From: a virus
Taxonomy: Duplodnaviria; Caudoviricetes
DNA length: 64,000 bases
Reading direction: 5' to 3' (one strand)
Virus record (IMG/VR): IMGVR_UViG_3300010429_001883
Span: 84,473 to 148,472 of that record
The notes below the pieces were generated by a model. It worked only from the letters and a program-made list of their open reading frames with translations. It was not told where the DNA came from and did no database searches. Both the position numbers and the translations under genes were made by a program. Below, piece by piece: positions 48,756 to 58,553 of this stretch (its first letter is position 1; every line of letters begins with the position of its first letter).

Positions 48756-51677
48756 ATGTTTCCAGAAATAAAATCACCAGAAACAGAGGGCTTTATTAGG
48801 TATAATGTTGTACAAACAAATGCCCAGGCTAAGATGGCTTTATCTGTTTTAGAGAAAGAACAGATAATTGCTGTTGATACAGAAACAACTGGGTTAGACC
48901 CAAAATACGACAATGTTCTGCTTCTTCAATTAGGCAATCCAAATAATGCTTTTGTTATTAATGTAGCGAAGGTAGACCCAAGGATATTTAAAGACCTACT
49001 ACTTGATCCAAGCAAGGTTAAAGTTTTACAAAACGCAATCTTTGATTACAAGATGCTAAAGTATCATTATGATATGGATATTGTAAGGATATTTGATACA
49101 AAGCTAGCTGAACTGGTTCTTTTATGTGGGCACATGAGCGGATCGGTTGCCAAAAACCTTGTTAGTCTTAAAGCCATGATTAAAAAATATTTTAACATTG
49201 ATCTTGACAAAGACATTACTAAGGAATTTATAGGCTATAAAGGAGATCCAACAGAGAGAGAAGATTTGGTCAAATATGCGGCGTCCGATGTTTATTACCC
49301 CGTTTATCTGTATCTTGATCAGAGAAGAAAACTATATGAACAGGAACTGGCTCAGGCTGCAAAACTAGAGTTTGATTTAATACCAGCCATGGTGGATGTT
49401 GAGCTAACTGGCATTTTAATGGATGTGGATAAGTGGAATAAGATAATAAATGCAGTAGAAGAAGAAAAGTATTTAATCCAAAATAAAATGCTTAAGATTC
49501 TTAATAAGAATTTGAAGCAAAAAGCCCTTTGGGACGATGCGCCCACAGTTAATGTTAGCAGTCCGCCTCAAATGTTAAAGGCATTGCTTGAAATGGGCAT
49601 GGATATTAATGATACATCACACCGGTCTTTGCTGGAGAAACAATCTGACGAATTGGTTAAATTGTTGTTGGAACACAGGGAAAAGGACAAGTTTCTAACA
49701 TCTTTTGGTAAAAGTATGATAGAAACAGTTAATAAGAAGACAGGAAGAATCTATGCTCAATTTAATCAGCTAGGTGCTTCGCAAACGGGCCGCATGTGCA
49801 TAGCTGCTGGCAGTAAGGTTGAGTGTGTGCGTGATGTTTCTTTGCACCCAGACGGCATTCCGATAGAGGAAATTAAACCAGGGGACCTTGTTTACACATA
49901 CGATGATAACCTGAAATTAACACTAAAGAAAGTAAAATGGGTAGGTAAAACTGGAAATAAGGAAGTTATTAGGCTGCATTGGAGGAGTTTTGGAAGAGCT
50001 AAAAAGCAGGGATATTTAGACTTAACTCCGGAACACAAAGTCCGCCTAACTAGTGGGGAATATGTAGAGGCACGGCTTTTGAAGAAAAATACTAGAACAC
50101 TCAGTTTAGGGCGTTCGGAGAATAGGGACGGATATTGCACCTTGCAAATTACAGGATGTAAAGACCCTAAACTAGAGCATAGGTTTATTTATCAAACATT
50201 ATTTGGGCCAACAAACTATAATGTTCATCATAAGGATGAAAATAAGAAAAATAATACGGTTTCTAATTTAGAGGCGTTGCCAGATTCTTACCATAAAAGC
50301 TATCATGCCAAAGCCTCTATGACTGAGGAGCGACGTAAATACTTAGGAGCAATATTAGCTGCCAATCGACATAAGGCAACTCCTGCAAGTGGCTGTAAAT
50401 CCCATAATTGGCTTGGGTTAACTAAAGAGTGGATGGAAAATGTTCTTTGGCAGAACTGTGGTAAACCCACGGCTTTTAGAGATATTTATGGTATAGATTA
50501 TGAAACATGCCAAAAATATTTAAAGATTAATAAAATAAATTGGAAAGATATTAGAAATAATTTTACTAAAAACGGCCGTAGAATAGATAATGAATTTTAT
50601 GTCGAATGCCTTAAAGAATTAAAAAAATCCCCAGGCCAACAAGATAAAGTACTTGCTAAATTTGGAATAGGGAGCAGGCGTTGGCGTGTTATTAAAAACA
50701 CGTTTGAGAAACCTGCAAATAACCATAGAGTTTTATGTATTGAAAATATTAATGTTGCAGTAGACGTATATGACCTTGAAGTTGAAGATACGCATAATTT
50801 TATAGTTAATGGCATCTGTGTTTCTAACAGCGCATCTTCTCCAAATTTACAACAGATTCCGAATCAGGGGTTTATGCTAGATACCGGTGTTGCAAAATTT
50901 AGAGATTGCTTTATTCCTGCGCCTGGGTATAAATTTGTTTCTGGGGATTATTCGCAACAAGAGGTTCGGGTTGCGGCACACGTGTTTAATGAACCAATGC
51001 TACGTAAATGCTACGAAGACGGTTTAGATGTGTACCGTGTTACCGCCAGCATGATGTTTAATAAACCTTATGATGAAATAGATAAGAAGAGCGTAGAACG
51101 GGCTATAGCTAAGGTTATTGTTTTGGCATCTAACTATGGGGGTGGGCCTGACGTTGTACGTTATCAGCTTTTAGAGCTTGGTATTATTGTTTCATTAGAT
51201 GAAGCCAGGAAATACCTAAACATGTATCGCAGTAGCTATCCTACTATGTCTTTTAACATGGAAAAGTATGCAAAGTCATGCATTGATAGAGGATATATTA
51301 CATTTGCTTTAGGAAAGAAAAGATATCTAACAAGTAAAATTAAAGAGTTACGTAAGAAAGAAAAAGATAGTGAAGAGTATAGGATTGTACTTGGTTCTTT
51401 AAAAAGGCGAGCTAAGAACACCCCGGTTCAAGGGAATTCAGCAATTATGATGAAGCTGGCTATAATTGGCGTTAGAGAAAGGATACTAAAAGAAGGATTA
51501 GATGCTCATCCTGTTCTTTATGTTCATGATGAAATAGTTTATGAAGTGGCAGAAAAAGACGCTGAAATTGTTAGGCACATCATTAAAGAAGAAATGGAAA
51601 AAGCATTTACTGTTATTTGTCCAGGATTTCCTAATAAGGTAGACGTTGGTATCTTCGACAGGTGGGAGAAAGAATAA
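48756..51677 (+). CDS. polA: Family A DNA polymerase (3'-5' exonuclease plus polymerase, no 5'-3' domain) interrupted by an intein
   Basis: AVDTETTGLD, QNAIFD, YAASDV; TGRM-[intein]-SASSPNLQQIP; motif A GDYSQQEVR; motif B RAIAKVIVLASNYG; motif C VHDEI. 629 aa after splicing. Confidence 0.93.
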   Translation: MFPEIKSPETEGFIRYNVVQTNAQAKMALSVLEKEQIIAVDTETTGLDPKYDNVLLLQLGNPNNAFVINVAKVDPRIFKDLLLDPSKVKVLQNAIFDYKMLKYHYDMDIVRIFDTKLAELVLLCGHMSGSVAKNLVSLKAMIKKYFNIDLDKDITKEFIGYKGDPTEREDLVKYAASDVYYPVYLYLDQRRKLYEQELAQAAKLEFDLIPAMVDVELTGILMDVDKWNKIINAVEEEKYLIQNKMLKILNKNLKQKALWDDAPTVNVSSPPQMLKALLEMGMDINDTSHRSLLEKQSDELVKLLLEHREKDKFLTSFGKSMIETVNKKTGRIYAQFNQLGASQTGRMCIAAGSKVECVRDVSLHPDGIPIEEIKPGDLVYTYDDNLKLTLKKVKWVGKTGNKEVIRLHWRSFGRAKKQGYLDLTPEHKVRLTSGEYVEARLLKKNTRTLSLGRSENRDGYCTLQITGCKDPKLEHRFIYQTLFGPTNYNVHHKDENKKNNTVSNLEALPDSYHKSYHAKASMTEERRKYLGAILAANRHKATPASGCKSHNWLGLTKEWMENVLWQNCGKPTAFRDIYGIDYETCQKYLKINKINWKDIRNNFTKNGRRIDNEFYVECLKELKKSPGQQDKVLAKFGIGSRRWRVIKNTFEKPANNHRVLCIENINVAVDVYDLEVEDTHNFIVNGICVSNSASSPNLQQIPNQGFMLDTGVAKFRDCFIPAPGYKFVSGDYSQQEVRVAAHVFNEPMLRKCYEDGLDVYRVTASMMFNKPYDEIDKKSVERAIAKVIVLASNYGGGPDVVRYQLLELGIIVSLDEARKYLNMYRSSYPTMSFNMEKYAKSCIDRGYITFALGKKRYLTSKIKELRKKEKDSEEYRIVLGSLKRRAKNTPVQGNSAIMMKLAIIGVRERILKEGLDAHPVLYVHDEIVYEVAEKDAEIVRHIIKEEMEKAFTVICPGFPNKVDVGIFDRWEKE
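49797..50828 (+). mobile_element. Intein (344 aa) with HNH homing endonuclease
   Basis: Starts CIAAGSKV; block B LTPEHKV; HNH EHRFIY...VHHKDENKKNN..SNL (50130-50306); ends VYDLEVEDTHNFIVNGICVSN, followed by +1 Ser. Confidence 0.92.
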
Positions 51678-52877
51678 ATGGATACTAAGATTTTACTTAA
51701 TTATTCAATAATACAGGAAAAAGTAAAACAGAAAGAAGATGAGGTTCTATCTTCTACCAGTAATACTTACTTGCGCAACAACACATTTGAAATTCTTACC
51801 AATGTTTTGTCAGACGATGTTCTTAATATAGCGAAGCCGCTTACATATCCTGAATATATTTATTCTAAATATCCTATTCACACCGGCAATATGCGTATTT
51901 ATGTAGACAGGGTTTCTCAAGACTTTAAGATCCTTTGTGATTGTTTGAATAAGTTCTGTAATAATCTTAATTTAGTTGTTGCTGATGCCAATGAAATCTA
52001 TGGCTATCGTGGTGTAAAATTTCTGGCATACGATTTTATGGATGATTATAAAAAAGCAAGATTTTCTACGTCTTCAATGATTAAAGAAACATTTCAGAAT
52101 ATGGAAAAGGATGTTATTGATACTAAGTTCTTTGTAGATAGGAATTTAGGCTTTTTGTGTAAAAAAATAACCGGCATGTATTATTTAGAAACAACCATTG
52201 AGCAGATTACGTCTTCGCTGCGCCGCGTCGACGGTTCATATTTTAGGCCGGACCAAGACCTAACTGTTGAATATCTTATTAAAACCAATGAAGACAGTAT
52301 TGTTAATTTTCTTTATGTAGATTTGGAGTTTGGTGGTTACCAATATATTGATGAAATTACGCATATTAAATATTCTCTAGATGGTGTTAATTATTTAGAC
52401 ATTCCTTCTGATCTTTTAACACTAATTAATCATAATATTTATTCTGTTTATGACCAAAACTATTTAGCAGCATTTATTCCCATATACCCGTCTTTTATGA
52501 AGTACATAAGACTTGGTATTAAAAAGAAGGTGGCTTCTCCAGAGATAACTATTAATAACATACTAATGATAAGAGCACAATTTTCTGATGAAGCCGATAT
52601 GTATGAATTACCAATTATTTATGATTTTCCGTATGTTTCAAGCTCTGAAGTTGAAGCTAACATATTTAAACCATGGGATTTCAATCATTATTCGGGCGAA
52701 TTATATCTACGAGAAAGCGGCTCTTTGATTTATAAAATTGAACTAGCTAAGGATGCCAATAAATTGAAACAGCTCTTAAGCACCAATTTACCAGAAGCAG
52801 ATGCCAAAATGCTAAGAAATTTCAGTAATTATTTCTCACCAATATTATTTGGGTATACAATTTACGTTAGGGTATAA
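51678..52877 (+). CDS. Structural protein (helical N-terminus plus beta-sandwich)
   Basis: 399 aa; YSLDGVNY...MKYIRL, discoidin-like pattern. Confidence 0.45.
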   Translation: MDTKILLNYSIIQEKVKQKEDEVLSSTSNTYLRNNTFEILTNVLSDDVLNIAKPLTYPEYIYSKYPIHTGNMRIYVDRVSQDFKILCDCLNKFCNNLNLVVADANEIYGYRGVKFLAYDFMDDYKKARFSTSSMIKETFQNMEKDVIDTKFFVDRNLGFLCKKITGMYYLETTIEQITSSLRRVDGSYFRPDQDLTVEYLIKTNEDSIVNFLYVDLEFGGYQYIDEITHIKYSLDGVNYLDIPSDLLTLINHNIYSVYDQNYLAAFIPIYPSFMKYIRLGIKKKVASPEITINNILMIRAQFSDEADMYELPIIYDFPYVSSSEVEANIFKPWDFNHYSGELYLRESGSLIYKIELAKDANKLKQLLSTNLPEADAKMLRNFSNYFSPILFGYTIYVRV

Positions 52878-52879
52878 TT

Positions 52880-54532
52880 ATGACCATACCGACTATTAAT
52901 TTTCCAGAACTTAATTATTCCATCTATTCGTCTGATAATTCCTTATTAGCTGAGATAAGGGATTATTCTAACTTTAGTACTAATAATTACAATACATATA
53001 TAAATGAAGTTCAATCTAATTTAGTTAATGCTTATAGTGGCGTGTTGTCTCTTAGCGCGTCTCTTTCTAAACTTGTAGAATTTAAACGTAGTAGAATAAG
53101 CTATTATCTCAGAGAAATTTCTGAGCTTGTTGATTCTATGAATTCTGTTTTATTTAATAAAACATCTAATATATTTATTCTTCCTACTCATGGATATCAC
53201 TATATAAATCAAGCTGAAACTTCCGCCAGAATTAATAAAGGTGAAGGAACAATTCAAATTAATGAAACAAAGAAAGGATATCGGATTCCGCTTGAGAATA
53301 TAGTCAAAGATGAAGATGTTAGCATGTATGTTAAAGATAACCCCAGCATGTATTCCTTTGTTGAGCTAGGTTCAGAGATAAAAAATCTATTTTTGGATGT
53401 ATACAATTACTACAAATTAATTGTAAGATCACCAGAAAAGAAATCAATTACACTTGTTGTTGATATAGAAATACCTGAACAGTATGTTAGTTCAATTCGT
53501 CTATACATGGACCATATCAATCCTTATATAGATAAAATAAAAGTTAGCTATAAGAACTCTGCTACAGTGCAAGAATTTACAACAACCGTAGATAATTATT
53601 TTTATGGCCAAATAACAGAGTGTTTTATAGGAAATGATGTTGATACATTAAGGATAGAGATAATCAAAGCCACAAATAATACGATGTCGTTTTCTAATTC
53701 TGTTGTTTATTTTGATTATTTTTTTACATTCTTTTTGATTGAGTTTTTTAATAAAAGGTATTATAGGCAAAATGTTTTAGTTACTAAACCGCTGGCTTTT
53801 GATAACAGCCAGCTTGGTGTAGCTTGTAATTCAGTTAAATTTGGAGCATCGGTTAAAGAACCACCAGAAACAGGTGTCAGATTCTTCTATTATAAGGTTA
53901 ACCGTGGCCGATACGGTCAGCTTCCACCAACAAATCCAAAGGATATGAAATCTGTAAGAAACGGAGATTCAATTGAATTAGTTAGTTACGATAGAATTTT
54001 ATTGGCCGAAAATGCTTTTATTACTAGGAATTATGATATTAATTATAGTTACCTAGATGTTGGAGTAGAGGCTGACAAAATTTTAAATGCTGGTATCTAT
54101 TGTTTTAGGGGCCCTAACAAATATACACAGGTGGGTGAAAATTTTTATAGGGTTTATTTAATTAAAACTACTCCACAATATTTAGAAATTGACTTTGATG
54201 ATTACTGTGACTCTGGATATTTAGATAAAAATAAAATAACCGGTTCCACATTTTCTATAAATAGAGGATTTTATGTCCTTGCTGTTGAAACAGAAGATAT
54301 AGATACTTATATGGCATATTTAGTTGGGTTGTCTTCTGGACTATTTTTAGCCCAAGACAGATTGTTGTTTGGATATCCATCAGAGATACTTTCAGGAAGT
54401 TACCCAAACGGTTTTACAATTATAATGGACTCTGGTAGAACTACGGGCAAGCTGCTTGTTAAAACTCCGTCCATTGATGAAATAAGTAAGAGATATTTAG
54501 TCCTTTATGATAAAAGGATTGAGACTACATAA
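52880..54532 (+). CDS. Structural protein
   Basis: 550 aa; same overall layout as its neighbours; operon context. Confidence 0.45.
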   Translation: MTIPTINFPELNYSIYSSDNSLLAEIRDYSNFSTNNYNTYINEVQSNLVNAYSGVLSLSASLSKLVEFKRSRISYYLREISELVDSMNSVLFNKTSNIFILPTHGYHYINQAETSARINKGEGTIQINETKKGYRIPLENIVKDEDVSMYVKDNPSMYSFVELGSEIKNLFLDVYNYYKLIVRSPEKKSITLVVDIEIPEQYVSSIRLYMDHINPYIDKIKVSYKNSATVQEFTTTVDNYFYGQITECFIGNDVDTLRIEIIKATNNTMSFSNSVVYFDYFFTFFLIEFFNKRYYRQNVLVTKPLAFDNSQLGVACNSVKFGASVKEPPETGVRFFYYKVNRGRYGQLPPTNPKDMKSVRNGDSIELVSYDRILLAENAFITRNYDINYSYLDVGVEADKILNAGIYCFRGPNKYTQVGENFYRVYLIKTTPQYLEIDFDDYCDSGYLDKNKITGSTFSINRGFYVLAVETEDIDTYMAYLVGLSSGLFLAQDRLLFGYPSEILSGSYPNGFTIIMDSGRTTGKLLVKTPSIDEISKRYLVLYDKRIETT

Positions 54533-54549
54533 AAGAGGTTTATAAGTCT

Positions 54550-55620
54550 ATGAGCACTATTACATTTACAGACAATTTTAACACTTATACATCTGGGTAT
54601 GTCCCACTTAATTGGTATGGAAGCTGCGAAGTTACGACCAATGGATATCCTGATGAATCGTTGGTGTTAACGCCAGGCTTACTAATAGGCACAGACGGGG
54701 GAGTGGATGTTGTTGCGCCATACCCGCGTGCAGACTATGTTGTGCCTTTGGCACAGAACGATGCGTGGTCAATTGAATTTAAGATGATGGTTCGTTCCTT
54801 AGACGGGTGTTTTACTGTTGACACGTGTGATACTCCAATTACACTATTCACTTTGGGATCTATGGACAGCGAACACCGGCTGAAGATACAAGCAACACCA
54901 GACGGTTATTTACAGGTTTACCCGTATAAAACAACTACAAGTATATTAACGTGTACATGGATTTATATTAAGATAGAGGTTTGGGATGTCTATGTAAATG
55001 TATATGTAAACAATAGCACAACTCCTTTCTTGCAGTATGCTATTCCAAAGTTTGAACCTTTTTGGCATGCTGGTGATAATAGAATTCGTTTGGTATTCAA
55101 TTGCTCTTCTACACATAGACTTATTCTTGATGATTTTGTATTTTCTACAACTGCCACACTCCCAAACGAAACATACGTGGATGCGGCCTGTTACGCCATT
55201 AGAAACTCTTTGAATGAGGTAGCTGCTAACGCCAGTGTATTTTTATTGGATGCTACTGTTGCTGCTAATCAAACCACAGATGCCAACGGTGCTTTTAGCA
55301 TTACAAATGTACCAAGTGAATCTAGTGTATTCGTAGTTCATCCAGATTTGAAAACTTCTTTTATACCAAAAGACGATGTCCTGTTGGCTAAACAAAGGAG
55401 AGCTGTTTCAGGCGTGGATGAATTCAGTAACATTTTATATGATGATGACGGCACGCCTGTTGCTGGTGCCAGACTTTATTATATCGATGTAGGTAATCCT
55501 AATTTTTCTACAGACACAGATGGTAGGTTTGCTCGTTCTGAAGTTCCTGCTGGGTATAATGTGTTTATTTGGACAGAAGATGACGAAACTTGCTACCTAG
55601 ATTCTTCACTGTTTAGTTAA
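54550..55620 (+). CDS. Lectin/ConA-like domain plus two prealbumin-like repeats; fibre or adhesin
   Basis: FTDNF...WSIEFKM...WIYIKIEV..VNVYVN; repeats TTDANGAFSITNVP and STDTDGRFARSEVP. Confidence 0.5.
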   Translation: MSTITFTDNFNTYTSGYVPLNWYGSCEVTTNGYPDESLVLTPGLLIGTDGGVDVVAPYPRADYVVPLAQNDAWSIEFKMMVRSLDGCFTVDTCDTPITLFTLGSMDSEHRLKIQATPDGYLQVYPYKTTTSILTCTWIYIKIEVWDVYVNVYVNNSTTPFLQYAIPKFEPFWHAGDNRIRLVFNCSSTHRLILDDFVFSTTATLPNETYVDAACYAIRNSLNEVAANASVFLLDATVAANQTTDANGAFSITNVPSESSVFVVHPDLKTSFIPKDDVLLAKQRRAVSGVDEFSNILYDDDGTPVAGARLYYIDVGNPNFSTDTDGRFARSEVPAGYNVFIWTEDDETCYLDSSLFS

Positions 55621-55629
55621 GGGGTTTAT

Positions 55630-57504
55630 ATGCCTGATGGAGTAACCAGAGAACAGGTCCAACCTGAAATCGGTGGACAATCAGAACCAAGAGTTGGTCC
55701 ATACGGCGGCCTTGTGCCGTTGCCTCCAACTCCGGAGCCACCTAGCCCAAGCACGCCATTGCCTCCAATCAAAGATCCAGACCGCGGACTTAAACCGGAT
55801 ACCTCTCCTGACAGCGGGGTGGTGAAACCAAAACCAGAAGTAGACAATACAACAATAGCTCAACAAGATTTTCCAGATGAAATATCTGAGCAGCTAATTA
55901 CAGACCCAACAATAAATGCTACTGGTCTTATAGATATTCGTATAGAAGAATGGCAGATAACGGAAGATCCAGAAGATACAATTCCATATTTTACAGATAC
56001 GCCAAGATCAACACCAACTATTCATATAGAAGACAGTTTTTGCAGAAGCATAGAAACCCTTCGCCCGCCGCCTTCTGTTAAATTGCCATATGGTTCTACT
56101 GTTAAGAAAGTTTTTACAGAAAATTTTGATGATGCAATAGTTGGTAGATTGCCTTCCACCTGGGCCAGATCGTCTGGTCTTTCTGTTAAAGTTTCTGCGA
56201 CAGACAAACTAGCTTATTCGTGCCCTAACTCAGTTGTTGTTAATTTGGTTAATGCGTGGATTGATGCTAACGCTTCTAGGCAGTTGGCGCCAACAGTTCG
56301 GCTAACAGACAACTGCCCGCAAGTTATACAATTTTGTGCGCACTTTGGAGCTAAGACCGACACAGTTGCTATCTCTTTGGTATCAAAAGGGGATACATCT
56401 ACTAAGAAAAGAATACCTCTTGTTGAGATCAGTAGGACTGCAAAAGAAGAAATAGTTACACTAAACTCTAGTGAAATATCGTTAATAGATCAAAAGACTC
56501 TTAATACGTATTATTTTATGGATATTCCCACAGAATATATACGTTCTGATGGACGACTTATTGAAGTTGATATAGAAGATACGATGGATATTGTTAATAG
56601 AGATTTGGTTACTCCAACAATTCCAACGACTAATGCAACTAGTTACTATAGTTTGATATCTAGAATGCAAACGATGGGTACCAGGAGAGTTATTCTAAAC
56701 GAAACCTACTCGTTCAAATATTCAGATTCCTCTGGCAATGTAGTAACAACTACAAAAGATATTTTACCATATATAACTGATTCCGCATATAAATTAAAGC
56801 TTTATGGTTGGAATTGTTTTACTGTTGTGTGTTATTCCACAATGTTTGATCTTTTCGTCAATGGAGAAAAGATTCTAGATAAGGCAAAATATTTGGGAGA
56901 AACGTATACTGCTAAGCCACTTTATTACAATTTAGGGTATTTGGCTGTTGGAAGTCCGCTTGGGGTAAAAACATCAACAAATGGAACAGTATTTCTAGAT
57001 AATATTGATATGTATGCTGTTAATTCTCCTAGTGGTACTGTTATTTTTGATGCCACTACATTTCCACAAACAGACATAACTGAAACAGAAGTAATTGATC
57101 TTTATCCAACAGAAACCGTTCCAAGTGGTAACAACTTTACAGAAGATGGGGCCCTAATTGTTACATTAAACACAACTAATCTACTTTGTGACTCAAGGGG
57201 TTCGTTTACTTATTCAACAACATCTAATGCCATTACTAAATATACGTTTCAAAGTGATATTTACGTTGGGGCAGATGGCTCGTTGTCTACCAACCCGTCG
57301 GCCAATATAATACGCCGTACGAGGAGAAGAAACTTATACTTAGGTGTTGATGGACGACTATTTTTAGGTACTACTATAGATAATAGAAAGGATAGAATTC
57401 CTTTTGATGTACAAAATGGAGAGGTTGTTATAGTTGCGGCATTAAATACTAATGATACCAGATGGACGCCAACTATTGATTATATCTTCTTTGAGTTTAA
57501 TTGA
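55630..57504 (+). CDS. Pro-rich N-terminus plus ConA-like domain; fibre or adhesin
   Basis: PLPPTPEPPSPSTPLPP stretch; FTENFDD..VGRLPSTW...GWNCFTVV...FDLFVNG...VFLDNI. Confidence 0.5.
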   Translation: MPDGVTREQVQPEIGGQSEPRVGPYGGLVPLPPTPEPPSPSTPLPPIKDPDRGLKPDTSPDSGVVKPKPEVDNTTIAQQDFPDEISEQLITDPTINATGLIDIRIEEWQITEDPEDTIPYFTDTPRSTPTIHIEDSFCRSIETLRPPPSVKLPYGSTVKKVFTENFDDAIVGRLPSTWARSSGLSVKVSATDKLAYSCPNSVVVNLVNAWIDANASRQLAPTVRLTDNCPQVIQFCAHFGAKTDTVAISLVSKGDTSTKKRIPLVEISRTAKEEIVTLNSSEISLIDQKTLNTYYFMDIPTEYIRSDGRLIEVDIEDTMDIVNRDLVTPTIPTTNATSYYSLISRMQTMGTRRVILNETYSFKYSDSSGNVVTTTKDILPYITDSAYKLKLYGWNCFTVVCYSTMFDLFVNGEKILDKAKYLGETYTAKPLYYNLGYLAVGSPLGVKTSTNGTVFLDNIDMYAVNSPSGTVIFDATTFPQTDITETEVIDLYPTETVPSGNNFTEDGALIVTLNTTNLLCDSRGSFTYSTTSNAITKYTFQSDIYVGADGSLSTNPSANIIRRTRRRNLYLGVDGRLFLGTTIDNRKDRIPFDVQNGEVVIVAALNTNDTRWTPTIDYIFFEFN

Positions 57505-57512
57505 GGTGCTAA

Positions 57513-58544
57513 ATGAGTGATAATAAACTACAAATCATAACTCCGACAACAATTGTTGTTCCTAATCCTTATGGTGGTGTGAGGAGTTCTATAGATTTAA
57601 ATAAATTTATGGACGGTGTTAAATCTGATATCTATACAATAATAGAAGCTTTAAACGACAGGGTACGTCCAATTTTGAATGGACTTCCTTTGGGAGAGGT
57701 TGAAAGTACTCTTGATGCCGTTATAGATGGTCTTACTTCAGAAGCAATGTACATAGGTCCATATATTACGGCTAATAGTACATATGCTGAATATTATTAT
57801 CATTCGGCGATGCCAGAACGATCAAATACTGTTAAAGAAACACTAGACCTATTAATTGGTAAATTAGTAGAACTAGAAGATGAACTAGATACATTAACAA
57901 ATGAAGTTGATGATCTTGGGTCTACAACAGATTTTGGTGCTTTACTAGCAGAGGTTAGGGATTTAAGAAACTCTGTTGCCGAAATTATTGCTGTTCTTAG
58001 AAGCTTGATATTTTATACAGATGCTAGAAGAATACAAAGTATCATAGTTTTATCTGATCCAGACCTCACTAAAGCACCATTACAGGTACTTATTGGACGT
58101 GCTCCTGGTATCAAATACTCTGCAACGGTTAACCAAAGTCTTTATCTTAATTTTACAATACCAACAGATTTAGATACCAGCCAACCAATTTACCCAGTTT
58201 TAACTTATTGTATGGATACAGATGAAGTAGGGTCTAGTTTGAAGCTAGATATGGAATACTTGTTATGCTTAGAGAACGAATTGGTAACTGATGATACTAA
58301 CGTAGTTACAAAGACTATTACTATAACGCCACCCAGCACAGCTAATGCGGTTGGTTATTATGTTCCCACTGGTTCTGAATTTTATATAACCGATACTATT
58401 AATGGTACTTTTTCTGATCATCAGCTTGTTAACGTTAAACTAACGAGAGATTGTGCGGTTGCTTCTAACCACACAGGTAATTTCTATGTACTTGATTTAT
58501 CTTTTTACTATAAAGCTAGACAAGTATCAATGATTAGCATATAG
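57513..58544 (+). CDS. Coiled-coil structural protein with C-terminal beta-domain
   Basis: 343 aa; heptad segment LVELEDELDTLTNEVDDL; fibre-region context. Confidence 0.45.
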   Translation: MSDNKLQIITPTTIVVPNPYGGVRSSIDLNKFMDGVKSDIYTIIEALNDRVRPILNGLPLGEVESTLDAVIDGLTSEAMYIGPYITANSTYAEYYYHSAMPERSNTVKETLDLLIGKLVELEDELDTLTNEVDDLGSTTDFGALLAEVRDLRNSVAEIIAVLRSLIFYTDARRIQSIIVLSDPDLTKAPLQVLIGRAPGIKYSATVNQSLYLNFTIPTDLDTSQPIYPVLTYCMDTDEVGSSLKLDMEYLLCLENELVTDDTNVVTKTITITPPSTANAVGYYVPTGSEFYITDTINGTFSDHQLVNVKLTRDCAVASNHTGNFYVLDLSFYYKARQVSMISI

Positions 58545-58553
58545 GAGTAGGAT

